Origin: Paragordius varius
Lineage: Eukaryota; Animalia; Nematomorpha
DNA length: 64,000 nucleotides
Direction of reading: 5' to 3'
Assembly (NCBI GenBank): GCA_964247055.1
Contig: OZ176054.1
Span: 8,928,001-8,992,000 of the forward strand
The translations under genes and the position numbers were made by a program. A model generated the notes under the pieces. That model was not told the origin of the DNA. It worked only from the letters and a program-made list of their open reading frames with translations, and did no database searches. Within the stretch, counting starts at the first letter, position 1; each line of letters opens with the position of its first letter. Positions 13,801-26,932 of the stretch are shown here, piece by piece.

Positions 13801-15971
13801 TAAAGTGGTAATCATACTCTAGGATTTGTTTATTGTTGTGCTTTTACATTAATTATTAATGAGAAATAGGATGGAGTTTTCCCTTGTAAGAGCATATTTA
13901 TTGGAAAAATCTATCCAAACATATACAATTTTGAAACTATTTTACAAAAAGCTAGATAGCTTACGATCGTGTACTCTCAAAACTTATTTTTAAACAACAT
14001 CAACATAATTTTATATTATTGACACGTCTAATATCTAATTTTTATGAAGCCAGTATGCGTGTCGGTATTGTAAACATTTGGATAGAGGCAGTTTTTATTT
14101 ATTGCTTAAACAAGATTTAATTAATTTAAAACTGCAAAGATAAATCTTATTTTTCAGATCTTAATTACTTTATAAAAAATGCTCCTTTTTTTACCATAAC
14201 TATCTAGTAAATTAAAAAGAAAATGCTAATACATGTAAAAGGAGATAAAAATAAAATATATCGAATTTATCAAAACCCTTATGTAAATTCTCTATCTATC
14301 GATCAACTTTTAATAAATTGAACAACATGCATCTAAAACGGTAATTAATCTTTCTGGGCCCATTTTTTATTATTTTCATGGTAGCTAAATATGTTTCTAA
14401 AGCCGATATTTTAAGAATGAACACGTGTCATCTTTTAAAATATTTATACATCCACTAAACTAAATAGAAAAACCAATTTAAATCTATGAAAATGCTAATG
14501 ATATCCCAACTGAATTATGCTATCAACAAACACAAGTTTATCTACTCTATTTTTGATGAGGGATTCATCCTTAAACAAATAAGAGACTTTAAACACATTT
14601 AAACCAGATTAAAAAGGCCAATATAATAAAATATGCAGTTAAGGTTTTACCTCAACTAAAACATGAGGCTATCACAAATTCACAATGCCTTTGCGCATGT
14701 TGACCAAAATTTATAATCAGGATTAACCATTTAGGCAAATTGTCCATAACATAATTTCATCAAAAGATTAACTAGAAAATATTTAAAAATGTGCGTAAAT
14801 TGCAATTTTCGTATTCGAATGCTTTATACTATTTACACAGTCTTTTTCACATTTAAATTATCCGCCCAATAAGATTCTAATAATATAAAACATGGATTAC
14901 GTCGATTGATTTGATTTTTATACCTTATATATTTTATACTGTAGGAGAATTGTTTAATATAAAATTATATCAGTTTTTACATTTTAACAATATATTTATA
15001 TATATATATATATATGTAGAATGGATCAGACAAATTTCGGCACACATCATATGCCAATAAACGAATAACTAAAGGAACTAAATTAACTGGGATAACTTCA
15101 AATACAACCTCAAATACAACAGCAAACAACGCAAACAATAATGCCTCTGACGAAGATGACATCACTGGGGAAGGTGAGAATAATTTATTAGAGTCGGCGA
15201 AACATTTGGCTTCAACCTCTGCATCTTACAAGCAACATGGGTATTTTATTCATTTTTTGGTTTTATTGATTTGATTTTACCGTCAGTTTTTGTGGAATAC
15301 ACTTTATGTAGTCCTAAAAACGAATTATTTTTTTCGTAACAAAGATTATTAAATTTTTTACATAATAGTGTACTAATAAAGCATATTACCTTTTTTTATT
15401 TATGGATTTCAACGTATAATATTTTGATTATAAAAATTTTTTTATTAAGTTTTCGACAACAAACTCACGATCAAAGTGTCAATCAAACTGACAGCGATGA
15501 TGAAGATGAAGATCGAGAGGTAATTATATATGCATTTTGCAATTCATTTTTGTTTTAATTATCTATAATCCCCTTTAAATAAAATAATTTATTTCCTAAA
15601 CCGGTTTATATGGGATGCCCAAGCGATCATTATTAGAAATTTATTCATTAACTTTATTGACTTATTGCAAAGGAAGTTTTACAAGGAAGAAACCAATCAT
15701 TTAAAATTTTTATATTATCAATTGATTTTTAATTTTCTACGCTAATTTGAAGGAGTACTACTTTTTGGGCAAGCCTAGTGATCCAGATGAACCTACATAT
15801 TGCCTATGTAATCGCATTTCATACGGAGAAATGATTGGATGTGATTATGCTTATTGTAGCATAGAATGGTTTCATTTTGAGTGCGTAGGCCTTGCATATA
15901 AACCCAAAGGCAAATGGTATTGTCCTAGATGTAGACGTGAATCAAATAGCAAATTGTGTAAATTTAATTAA
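10819..15971 (+). CDS. Inhibitor of growth (ING1/ING2-like) PHD-finger protein, about 636 aa
   Basis: Exons 10819-10954, 10978-11175, 11202-11686, 12415-12847, 13007-13155, 15020-15240, 15450-15519, 15753-15971 (1911 nt, frame-consistent). N-terminal ING domain (EALPDEVQR...[16 protein letters not shown]) and [24 protein letters not shown]...[21 protein letters not shown]. Middle exons are inferred from ORFs and splice phases. Confidence 0.85.
13200..14050 (-). mobile_element. Highly degenerate non-LTR retrotransposon RT remnant in ING intron
   Basis: Minus strand shows FDDILILS (YADD-like) and weaker C-terminal RT-like residues among many stops. Confidence 0.4.
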
Positions 15972-17284
15972 AGCGAAATATAGAAAGATGCCAATTCGGA
16001 AATAAATTACTACATTATTTTTATGGTAGTTTATTAAAATATACCTTTTCACTTCAAAAGTGTGAACGTTTTACGTTATTTTTCAACATTTTTAGTTGGT
16101 TTTTATAATTTTATTTTGCTTAAAACTTTAATCAATCACACTATGTCTCATGTATTTATTTATTTTTCAGTAATCTATGATCTTTATTTAACCTAAACTA
16201 TTAGATAAATATAATTATTTTTCTTCCAACAGTATTTTTTTGTTCAACTTTAAAAATAATTCTTTTAAAAGTATATGAGTCTGAGATATTAACTGCAATT
16301 ATAGGTTAAAAAGAATAATAAATTGGAAAAAATGTTTGGAGCAAAAAATATTGAATGAAAATGTTTATTAAAAATATATCATAGAGTTATTAGGTTTAAA
16401 ATAATATAAACAAGCAAATTATGTTTATAAGCTAAATTAAAACGTTTAAAGGTCCAATAAAGTGTTGAATCACCAACTTGAAGTTTTGAAGAACCAATAT
16501 AGATTATTGAAGGACCAGCTTGAAGTGACACTTTTGAAATTTTTAATTATCACTTGTAAAGTCATAGAAATGGTGTATAAAGTTAAAGAGATGCTTTTGG
16601 CAAAATGTTTATGGTATATTTTTATACTAATTAAATCACGTTGCAATAAATATATTTTTCTTTCAAAACATCATTGTTAAAGTATTATCGGGGATAATAT
16701 TATCCAATATTTCCTTATTGATTGAGTGATTAATTGGAAAAATGTTAACGACTAATTTGATTCATTTTTCAAAATATTATTTTTGATGCCATAATCTAGC
16801 ATATATACCAAAAAATTTATCCGCGAATCGGCATTTCTTCGTTATAAAAATAAAACTTGTTTTAGAAGGGCGAAAAAAATTGGTATTTTAGGACCTCATA
16901 TCTAAAATTTTTATGTCAGTTTATGATATAATTTAGTGATATTTTTCGTATGGAGCATGTAGCTCTCCCAAAAAAACTTATTTAACAAAATATGCGAAAC
17001 TTTTACCATATGAAACAGTTAACAAAAGTCTAAACTTATTTTGACCACTTGTAAAGTCCAAAACCTAAAGGACCATGATAATCATGATACATTTTCCTAT
17101 CAGAATAAATATATATAATTTGGGATATTTTTATACCCGAATTCGGATGCATACTATACTAAAGTTTTTCAAATGTTAACATGCATTTATTATTTTTAAT
17201 CGATGCTTTTGTGATATTTCTATCTATCAAAATGATCAAGGGATTCATTATTGTACATTATAGTAAAATTTTTATTTACCCAGT

Positions 17285-17531
17285 ATGCCATTTATAATTC
17301 AAATTCACCCTAAAATAAATTATGTTTTTTAAGATTAAATATTACCCATACAATATAATTTTAAAAATAAAATTTTGTTTAAAATTAAAAATACTGAAAA
17401 ATAAACTAAGCCTTAAGGATATTTCATATTACTGATGAGTTTTAGCCCAAAAACACAATTTATTTTTAGGGTGAATTTAAATTGTTCGAGGGTAAATTTG
17501 AATTGCTTAAGGGTGAAATTTGTATAATGAC
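17285..17531. mobile_element. TACCATTT-family MITE, degenerate copy
   Basis: ccattt...aattcaaattcaccc at left and gggtgaattt repeats at right; interior homologous to 40781-41111. Confidence 0.7.
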
Positions 17532-18027
17532 AATATTTGAAAATATTCCATCATAACACCCGCGATATCTTGTCATGATTTTAAATATTTTGCCCAAAAA
17601 ACCTATTATCTAGCATTTGTATTCAACTTAATCATTTTTTTCCAAATATAATTTAAAAATCATTAGCATACCATTCATATCATTTTTCAACATTTCGCCC
17701 ATATATGTAAACAATAAGGTTGCAGAACCTTGAGCAAGGACCTAACTTTTTTTTACATTGTTAACATCTGTCTTTTTTAATATCTATCAAACGCTCCTAA
17801 TAAAAACCAAAAATTTTAATGTACTACCTAAACCATAATTTAAATATTTAAATTGAATCAATTTATCAGAATTTGGTTATTATTTTTTTATTTATCAAAA
17901 TAATTTTGTACGACATTAACCAAATCTCTATAACATTACAAAGAAATGTATAATATAAAAATTTATTGGTATTTAACATAAAATATTTGATTAGATATAG
18001 AGATCGTTATCTACTTCTCTCAGCAAA

Positions 18028-18387
18028 TTACTTAGTAATATTGAAATGATAATCAATAGTTCCATTAGTTATATTATTTAGAGTATTATTATCAAAAAAA
18101 CTTCCAATACTACCCAAAACCCTTATTTGCGCATAATTAACGCCGTGACTTGTGACATTCGACCCATTCTTAATTAATTCTGTATATGGGGTCGTGTTAT
18201 ACATTTTGTCATTCAAATATTTTCTGGTCATATTGAAAGAAAATGTATCAAGTGTTGAAATAATGCTTGTACTATTGTCTGTTTCATTTAGGTTAGTTAT
18301 CTCCTCAGTTTTGAGATAATGAGCTCTTGTTTTGGAAATATCATTAAATGGTAACAAATTTCCACCCAGGCTATCTAACTGGCGTTT
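18028..18387 (-). CDS. Orphan coding exon, N-glycosylation-rich (119 aa after a strong acceptor)
   Basis: 129-codon open frame in very AT-rich DNA; acceptor ttttttgtacag at 18388; begins KRQLDSLGGNLL; 10 N-x-S/T sequons; no family recognised. Confidence 0.6.
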   Translation of the reverse strand, partial: KRQLDSLGGNLLPFNDISKTRAHYLKTEEITNLNETDNSTSIISTLDTFSFNMTRKYLNDKMYNTTPYTELIKNGSNVTSHGVNYAQIRVLGSIGSFFDNNTLNNITNGTIDYHFNITK

Positions 18388-18628
18388 CTGTACAAAAAAT
18401 AATATGATTAGTTGCAATTAGCATAGAAATATTCAAAGTAAGTGAAGCATCTAAAATAAAGAAATCAAATTTTTGAAAAAATATGTGGTATTTAATAGTG
18501 AAATATTTTTAAAACCAGCAGATTTATATAATACCCTTAATTTTGCGTATGAACGTTTTAAACTTTTTATTTAAAATATAAAAATGTTACCTTAAAAAAA
18601 TATCCGAAGAAACAATTAATTTTTTTAA

Positions 18629-19170
18629 CAGTTCGATTCAAATTGGGTAACTAAATACCCAGACTATATTTAAATTGATATTTTTTATCAACTACTGAAA
18701 TAAATGGCCTCAATTTAATGCTTCTATCCTAATGAAAATTATAAAATTAAGCCGAAATATCTAGATGAAATTTAGTATTGAAAAAAAAGAACTACTTCGA
18801 CGCCATTATTATTTTACAACATTTTTACAAAATATCGTGTTTATTTAATTTTAAAGGTGAAATTAAACCTAATTTTTTATTTAAATCACATTTGATAGAA
18901 AGAGAAAAGGTGGTTTATTATTGTTTATAAATTTAGATGCACACAACATGTTGACGAAATTTTTACCTTTGGGTTTTACCTTAAAATAAATAATATCAAG
19001 TATTTTTATTTATTTTTTTTAAATTTCGGTTTATTAACTTATATGCAAACGTTTGCCATGGTTTCAAATCAATCCATATTTTTTGAAATATTTAATTTAA
19101 AACAGGCCTATGGTATCTAACGACCCTAATTCGAATCGAATGATTGAAATGAATGCATTGTATCCAAGTG
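18629..19170. mobile_element. piggyBac-like MITE with TTAA on both sides
   Basis: TTAA 18625-18628 and 19171-19174; imperfect 13-bp TIR cagttcgattcaa / cacttggatacaa (reverse complement of right end). Confidence 0.75.
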
Positions 19171-19382
19171 TTAAACTATCATGACCTTTTAAAAGAGCCA
19201 TTAAAATTTTCTTATTCCTCATTTCTCTCTTTTTTTCGAATGAATTCATTTTATGCTAAATATAGTTTATTAGTTTTTTATTTGCTAAGGTTTAATTCGT
19301 AGTCATTTATTTTTCAAATGAGTTTGTTACCTTTTAAACTCAAAACGTGATTTTATATTTAAACGAGAATATTTATATAGAT

Positions 19383-21387
19383 CAGTGATACTCAAACCGC
19401 GGCCCGCGGGCCGCATGCGGCCCTAAGAGTGCTTTAAAATTGCCCTATGAGCATATTGATACTTAAATTATTTTTTTTATTGATGAATTTTTAAAATACA
19501 CATAAACGAATTTTCGCTTATTGTAATTTTATTTTCTTTAGATCTATTTCGTAATTTCTATTTTTTACCCAATTTGGTAGAAAAATTTCCCTACATACAC
19601 GTTGTCTCTGTTTCTGTATTCTATTTTTTTTCTATTTTGAAATTTTTATTGGATTCCTTTTTTAAAGCAAGCTTTTCACCCAAATTTCATTGGTATCCTG
19701 CATCATTTTTTATAACTCTCATAAAATATTTTTTAAATCAACATCCTTAAAATTTTACCTATTTTTTATAGCATAATTCAAATTATATTCCTATTTTTTA
19801 CAAAAATTTACATAATATTTAAATATAAATTCAAAGGATGACATCTAATGCTAAAAAACGTAAATTATCCGATAAAAATCGCACTTTGAAAATTAATGGG
19901 AAGAAAAATTCTTTGTCGTTTTTAAAAATGTTGATACCTGTCTTATATGCAAGGACAACATAAATTATAAAAAAATACAATACTGAAAGACATTTTACAA
20001 TCCATCATTCTCATAAATTACCAGAAAATCATGAGGAAAGAAACGAAAAAAATAAAAAATTAAGACCAGAAAGAAAATCTATTATTTTTATAGCTTTCTC
20101 CCAGGAAAAGCTGTAACATTAGCTTCGTATGAAATTTTTATATTTTAAGAAAAAATAGTGGTAGCATTTTTTTCGATAATAATGGTATATCTATGAAAAA
20201 AATGGTTTCGATCTGCACAGAAAACTGTCCCTCTATGAAACAAAGGATTTATCCCTCTTTTGAAAAACAAATATAATTTGAAAAATATTTACTCAACAGC
20301 AAAACTTGGTTTCGCGTGTAAAACATGAATCACTCAATTCAGTAATTGAAACGGTTGTGGATATAGTTAACCACATCCGAGAGAATTTGACAGCCGTAAA
20401 TTCTAAACCTTTTGAAAGATATTCACAGTGAGTTTGATTATATTCTTTTGTACACCGCTGTGAGATGGCTAAGCCTTAGCAAAGTATTAAATAGATTTTT
20501 TGTTTTAAAACATGAGATTGTATTATTTATAAAAGATAATAGAAAGTTTGACGAGGAAATTAATAGTGACCAATGGTGGGTTTTATTGCCAATCTTTGCG
20601 ACATTTGCTTATAGACTTAGTCTTAATACAAGTTTTGAGAGCAAAATAATAACCCAATTTGCTAATTAAATATTGGCTTTTCAAGAATTAATAATATATA
20701 AACAAGAATTTATAAATAAAACACTCCTATATTTTCCAACATTTAAAATAGACAATCATTTAGCATTTTTATCCAATAAGATGAAAATCAGATTCAAGAA
20801 TTAAAAAATATTAAAAATTGCTAAAAACTCATTGAAAATCCATGGCATATGGATATATCCAATAATAAGCAACTTGAGCATTGCGGTTTTGATCAGGCGC
20901 ATATCATTGAAGAATTCGTAGAATTTAAAAATGATTCCAATTTGGAGGCTATATTCAAGGAGAATCTTAGACAAGAAAGATATGTAGAGTTTTGGCAAGA
21001 TGTGCGAAACAAATATCAAAATATAAAAAAATGTGCTCAAGTTATCCTAACTCTTTTTCCCTCAACTAACACGTGCGAGACGGTATATTCAGAAATGAAT
21101 TTAAGACTGGCCTGTCATGAGGCGAAACCAAATTTGTCAAAAAATATTTGTTAATATCAAAATAAAGGTTGTTATAAAAATATATATTTTTTTAAACTAA
21201 ATGGTGCTAAACGAGTTTTTAGTTGGATTTACATGCGATCCGCAAAAAATTAATTGTGCTGATTTAGAGTAGAAATATGTGCTTATGTGTTAAATAGCTA
21301 TGGAATATTTGCCATTATAAGATTCTGGCCCTCGAAAAAAATATATATTTTATTTGGCCCGTCAAATTTTTTTCGTGAGTACCACTG
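19383..21387 (+). mobile_element. hAT (Buster/SPIN/GTF2IRD2-like) transposon with decayed transposase
   Basis: TIR cagtgatactca / cagtggtactca; perfect 8-bp TSD atatagat (19375-82, 21388-95); transposase fragments MTSNAKKRK, HTAVRWLS-like YTAVRWLSLSKVLNRFF, and dimerisation motif LFPSTNTCETVYSEM. Confidence 0.92.
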
Positions 21388-21733
21388 ATATAGATAGATT
21401 TAATTTTAGCCAATATGCAGGAAATACCTTGCAAAAAAGTCATTTTTACTAAATTTTTTAATATTTTGATTTCATTATAATTTCTGCCTTTTCTGTCTAT
21501 TTTTATAAAACAACTAAAAAAGTTTTGCCTATTTAGATTTGCATTTAATAGGATATGGAAAACTACATGACTATTTTTCTACAAATTTTTATTTAATTAA
21601 TATTTATTTTTTTGATATTATTTAATTTAAATACATTTAAACCATTATAATAGCTTGAAAACCCCAAAATCTTAGTTAAAAGTTCCGCGGAACTTCTATT
21701 AGTTGTATTTTAAAAATTAAACATTATCTAAAT

Positions 21734-21989
21734 CAGGGGTGTCTAACACAAATGGCTTCGCGGGCGGCATTCGCAAATATATGGGCATTAACAAATATTT
21801 TACTAAATTTTAAACATGATTGAAAAACTATTCTTTATTTTAATATTTTTTGCTAGTTCATTGCCGAATTTCGAAAGTTCAGAAAATTTGTTTACAAGAA
21901 TATTTTTCTTGGATTTCGTAAAATTTTCTATTTAAAATCTCTCGTGAACTGCTGAAATATTTTGAATTGTTGCGTGTTGGCCACCCTTG
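21734..21989. mobile_element. hAT/Buster MITE (256 bp)
   Basis: TIR caggggtgtctaacac / gtgttggccacccttg; TSD atctaaat / atctaaac (7/8, central TA). Confidence 0.8.
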
Positions 21990-22659
21990 ATCTAAACGTA
22001 AAAGTGGATAATCAGAACTTTTAACTTATAGGCGCTGTAAATAATAATTCATGTAATGGCTATGGCGTGCATTTTTGTGGCGCTCGGTGCGCAAATTCTT
22101 AATGACTTGTTATGATATTCAAAAAAGTCAAGCATAATATTCTAAAATTTTAATCTCGCGCCTTTAAATTATGGTACCTCATGTGAACACATTTCTTCCA
22201 ACCCCCTTATTACGCCCCTAAGTAGCAAAATTATAATGAGGGTGTCTAGATAACCAAAATTAAGCCTAATGGGTAACATACCAATACAGTTATTAATGAG
22301 AGTAGGTAATTACAAGAGTATCCATGAAATTTAACTTATTCGACATTCATAAGGTTGTCAATCTTATCCAATTTTTTACAAATTAGAAAGAATATAGCTA
22401 ATATAATTTGTCCATTGTTTCATAAATGGCGATCTTCTTATTTAATTGGAAAATTTACGATTATTATAATTTATTAGTTTGATGGTTTTGGAGCTCGCTT
22501 CATATGGTTTAGCGCGGAATGAATCTCTCTAGCAGGCTCAGTTAGACGTAATTTAAGAACCGCAACTACTTATAGTTAAAACCACAAAACGAACATTTTG
22601 GTTAATCTCTCTAAAAAGGTTTTATAATATATGTGAATGTTGAAATTAAAAAATGTTAC

Positions 22660-22743
22660 CTTTAATACGTGATATCCAAACAATTCACCCATCATTAATG
22701 ACATTATGAATAACCAATTCCATGTTAACAGCGTTCGTTTCAT
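22660..22743 (-). CDS. Candidate signal-peptide first exon, possibly of the orphan at 18028-18387
   Basis: ATG...MKRTLLTWNWLFIMSLMMGELFGYHVLK then phase-0 donor AAG|gtaac, compatible with the phase-0 acceptor at 18388. Linkage is inferred only. Confidence 0.3.
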
Positions 22744-24338
22744 TATTAACTAAGAATAATATATATGATTATTTTACAAAACAAAAAATCTATTGTTAAT
22801 GTTTAATTAGTATATAAAACAAGTTTCGGTTATTACCGGAAACCATACATTAAAACTATTTATCACTTGGTTTTGTCACTTATGTATTTATACACCGGAA
22901 CTTATCATATAAAAGCGTATCCGATTATCGATTTTCAAAAACAAATATCATTGAAACGTAAAATATCAATTATTATGGAAACATATAAAAATCTATAATT
23001 AATTTTTAATAAACATGCGTAATTCTATCAACTCTAATTATTAATTTTTTATACTTTCTTGGGTAAGGAATCAATCATGCGGAATATCAAAATTAATTTT
23101 ACAAATATAAAAGTAGTCAAAAATAAATTAATTTGGTAAAAATGGTGTAATATTTTAACATGTACGTTAGAGCAAACACATGGGATACTAACTTTTTTTA
23201 TTATTATTTTATATGCATTATAATGCGTGCATATCCAAAATGTGAACGTGCTTACATCGACTGGCATAATATAATACAGTAAAGAGAATTATTAATGGCT
23301 TAAAATGTTTTTTATTTGGTGCATTGAAAAAGTTTGAGTTTTGGTTAATTTTTAATGGTTAACATAAGCCAGAAAATACAATTAAACTTGACAAGATAAT
23401 TATTTAAATTCACCAATTAAACTTCGTTTATAACCAATGATGGATACATACTGTAAATACGAGATGCAAAAAATAATAAAGCGAACCAATGTGCTTTTTA
23501 TTTTTAGTAACAATTGTAAAAAAATAGATATGTATAAACGATCACGGAACTTTATCCTATTCTTTGCCAATGCAAATAGGAATGAGGAAAAATAATTTTC
23601 AAAATGGTATTTTTGTAATTCACTTAAAGATTGATAAAATTTAAATTGATTAAAAAATTTTAAACAGATAAATTATGTTTTGAAAATGCTTTAGTACAGG
23701 ACTAATAAATTAAAAAACCTTCTAAAATCTAGTAGGTATGCATAAATAATAGCAAGTGTAATATTTGATAGTTACAGCCAATTTCCTTTTACATATGGCA
23801 TTATAATTAAAATATTACTCAAAGAGAATTTCAATACATTAAACTTACTAAACAAAAAATAAATAGAGAATCCCTTAAACTTAAACGAATAAACAGTAAA
23901 AAAATGTTTGAGAAAAAGTTATTCTATATTAATTGAATCGGGCATATCTTTAGTTTAACACCCAACAGATTTTGAGATTTAAGAATTAAGTCATTCATTA
24001 TTTATTATAGAGATATTAATATTTCCTTACAGTTGCCTGCCACGCATCGCTGCTATTCAATCATAAGGCTTAGCCATCTTACAGCGGTGTGTAAAAGAAA
24101 ATAATCAAATGTGGATATCTTTTTGAATTTATGGCGGTTGAATTCTCTGCCACGGAAGTGGTTAACTATCTCCACAACCGTTTTTTATTTTACATGCGAA
24201 ACCAAATTTGCTGATGAATAAAGCAGTGAAAGGATTTGTAAATTATATGTTTTTCAAAAGAGGAATAAATCCTTTGTTTATTCCAATCATAGAGAGACAG
24301 CTATCTGTGCAGATCGAAACCAATTTTACTAGATATAC

Positions 24339-25034
24339 CTAGGGTGGTGCATTTGACTGTTTTTTCAAAAAAGTCCGGTCAGACCCTGTCAGACCAATCA
24401 GACCATGGTCATGACCACGGTCATGACCACTTTTTACTGAAAATATCAGATATTTAACTGTGAATCTAATGCTCGAACGACACTTGCGTTTCATTAATAA
24501 TCTCATGTTCTTTCTTAAAAGTTTGTATTATACATTTTTTGATATTATTTAATATTTTCAATCAATTTAATCAAAAAATGTTGTTTTCAAATAAATTTTG
24601 CCACATGTTTCTTGCTTTCTAAATCTTCAAATGCATAGTTTTTAATATTGGATATTTCAAAAAAAATTACCTAGTTTGTTTTGCACTTTCTTTCATCAAT
24701 AAATTAATATCCAATTATAGATGTTTTTCATTTTATTGGTTCACATATATGGAATAATTGCACATTTTGCAAAGTACGTGATTGTTTTGTTTTTCGAAAT
24801 AATATGCTTGAATGCTAATGCCCAACAATTTTTAATATATTGTTAAATAATATTTAATTTATATGTTTTAAAAAATATATTAAAAAGCAATAAAATCTTA
24901 TTATCTCTCTTCCAAAAAAAATTTAGCAATTTTTCAAAAAAAACAGCTGTTTTTTCAAATGACCATGGTCAAAAAATAAATAGTCACTGACCTGGTCATG
25001 GCCTGGACAAATGACTTGGTCAGCACAACTCTAG
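24339..25034. mobile_element. Nested MITE with 8-bp TSD (hAT-like)
   Basis: TIR ctagggtggtgc / ctagagttgtgc; TSD agatatac / atatatac; subterminal palindromes gaccatggtc and ggtcatgacc at both ends. Confidence 0.65.
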
Positions 25035-25917
25035 ATATATACCATTAATATCGAAAAAAGTGCTATTCTTTTTGGAAAAAATCACTTCCTTTCGTGGTAT
25101 TATTTATTGGTAAAAATTTTAAATATTCCTCGATGATTCTGTTGTCGTTGCAAAATCTCACGCACATTGAGGTGTTGAACTAATATCAGTGCTAGAATCA
25201 ATAGCAATACTAAAAAACTTGCAATTTTTCAGATATAATGTATTGTTGGAAACAGAAATATCTTCAATCGTTGAGCACATGTTGAATCAGAAAGTTGAAG
25301 TTTTTTAATTTGCTTCATGATTTGATCTTTATTATGGAAATTATCAAATAAAAAGTGTAGGCATTTATTAGTTGGGAAATCAGTAAACGCTTTCATATTT
25401 TTTCCAAAAATATAGCAAATTTCATACGAAGCTAATGTTACAGCTTATTCCTCGGAGAAAGCTATGGACATAATAGATTTTTCTTTCTGGTATAATTCCT
25501 TAATCTTTTTATATTTTTAGTTTCTTCCCTCATGATTTTCTGGTAATTTATGAGAATGATGGATTGTAAAATGTCTTATAATATTATATATTTTTATAAT
25601 TATGTTGTCCTTATATATAAGACAGGTAACAACATTTTTATTTAAGACAATTACGAATTTTTCTTCCCATTTTTTTTTAAAAAGCGATTATCATAAGAAA
25701 TTTACGTCTTTTAGCACTAGATGTCATCCTTTGATATGTTTAAATATTATGTGAATTTTTTCAAAAGTGGGATTATTTAAATTATGGCATAAAAAACAGG
25801 TCGAGATTTCATGATGTTGATTTGATAAATATTTTATGGGAATGAGTTATAAAAAATGATGCAGGATAGCAATGAAAAGAATATGTATATGCATGTTTGG
25901 GTGAAAGGCTTGTTTTA

Positions 25918-26932
25918 CACTTGGATACAACACAATTTTAGTCCTTAGATTCAAATTGGGGTAGTTGGATACCCCGGACGTGTTTAAGATTAAATACCTA
26001 AAAAAGTATGGAAGGAATCGAAACCATGGCAATCACTTATATAACATTAATAAACCGAAATATATAAAAATTTTATTCAAAAATACTTGATATTACTTAT
26101 TTTTAGCCAAAACCGAAAGGTAAAAATTTCGTCAACGTGACATGTGTGAAATAGTAAAATTAAAAAAAATAATACAAAATAAACCGCTTTTTCTGTTTCT
26201 ATTAATGTTAAATATAATTTATAAAAATTAGCTTTAATTTTACCCTTAAAATTAATTGAAGCCGATATTTTGCAAAAATTTTATAAAATAAAAATGGCGT
26301 CGAAGTAGTTTTACATGAAACTTTTTTTCAAAATAAAATTTTATAAAGATATTTTGCCATATTTATATAATTTTTATTAGGATAGAAGCATAAATTTAAA
26401 TTGGGACCGTTTCCTTCAGTAATTTTTTCAAAATATTGTTTTAATAGTCTATGGTATTTAGATAACCCAATTTGAATCGAAGTGTTAATAAACCGAAATA
26501 TATAAAATTTTATTCAAAAATACTTAATATTACTTATTTTAAGCTAAAACCGAAAGGTAAAAATTTAGTCAATGTGGCATGCGTGCAATGGTAAAATTGA
26601 AAATTAATAAAAAATAAACAGCTTTTTCTATTTCTATCAATGTTAGATGTAATTGAAATAAAAAATTAGCTTCAATTTTACCCTTAAAATTAAATGAAGA
26701 CACTATGCAAAAATTTTCCAAAATAAAAATGGCGTCTAAGTAGTTTGATTAGTTTGATATGAAACTTTTTTTTCAAAACAAAATTTTATTTAAATATTTT
26801 GGCATATTTATATCATTTTTATTAAGATAGAAGCATAAATTTAAATTGGGACCGTTTCCCCCAATAGATTTTTAAAAATCCTAACTCAAATTTAGTCTGG
26901 GGTATTTGGATACCCCATTTCGAATCGAAGTG
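25918..26932. mobile_element. piggyBac-like MITE plus tandem duplicate of its right ~440 bp
   Basis: Left end cacttggatacaa at 25918; right ends gaatcgaagtg|TTAA at 26484 and 26932; 26047-26488 repeated as 26485-26936. Confidence 0.75.

Noticed and set aside
16462-16680. 72-aa ORF with a leucine-zipper-like repeat
   Set aside because: Non-ATG start, no splice partners and no family recognised; the region looks repeat-derived.
22200-23270. Chain of apparent 21-28 nt GT-AG segments and the 72-aa ORF at 23049-23267
   Set aside because: No splice combination gives a long or recognisable ORF; such segments arise by chance in AT-rich DNA. Only the signal-peptide-like exon is kept, at low confidence.
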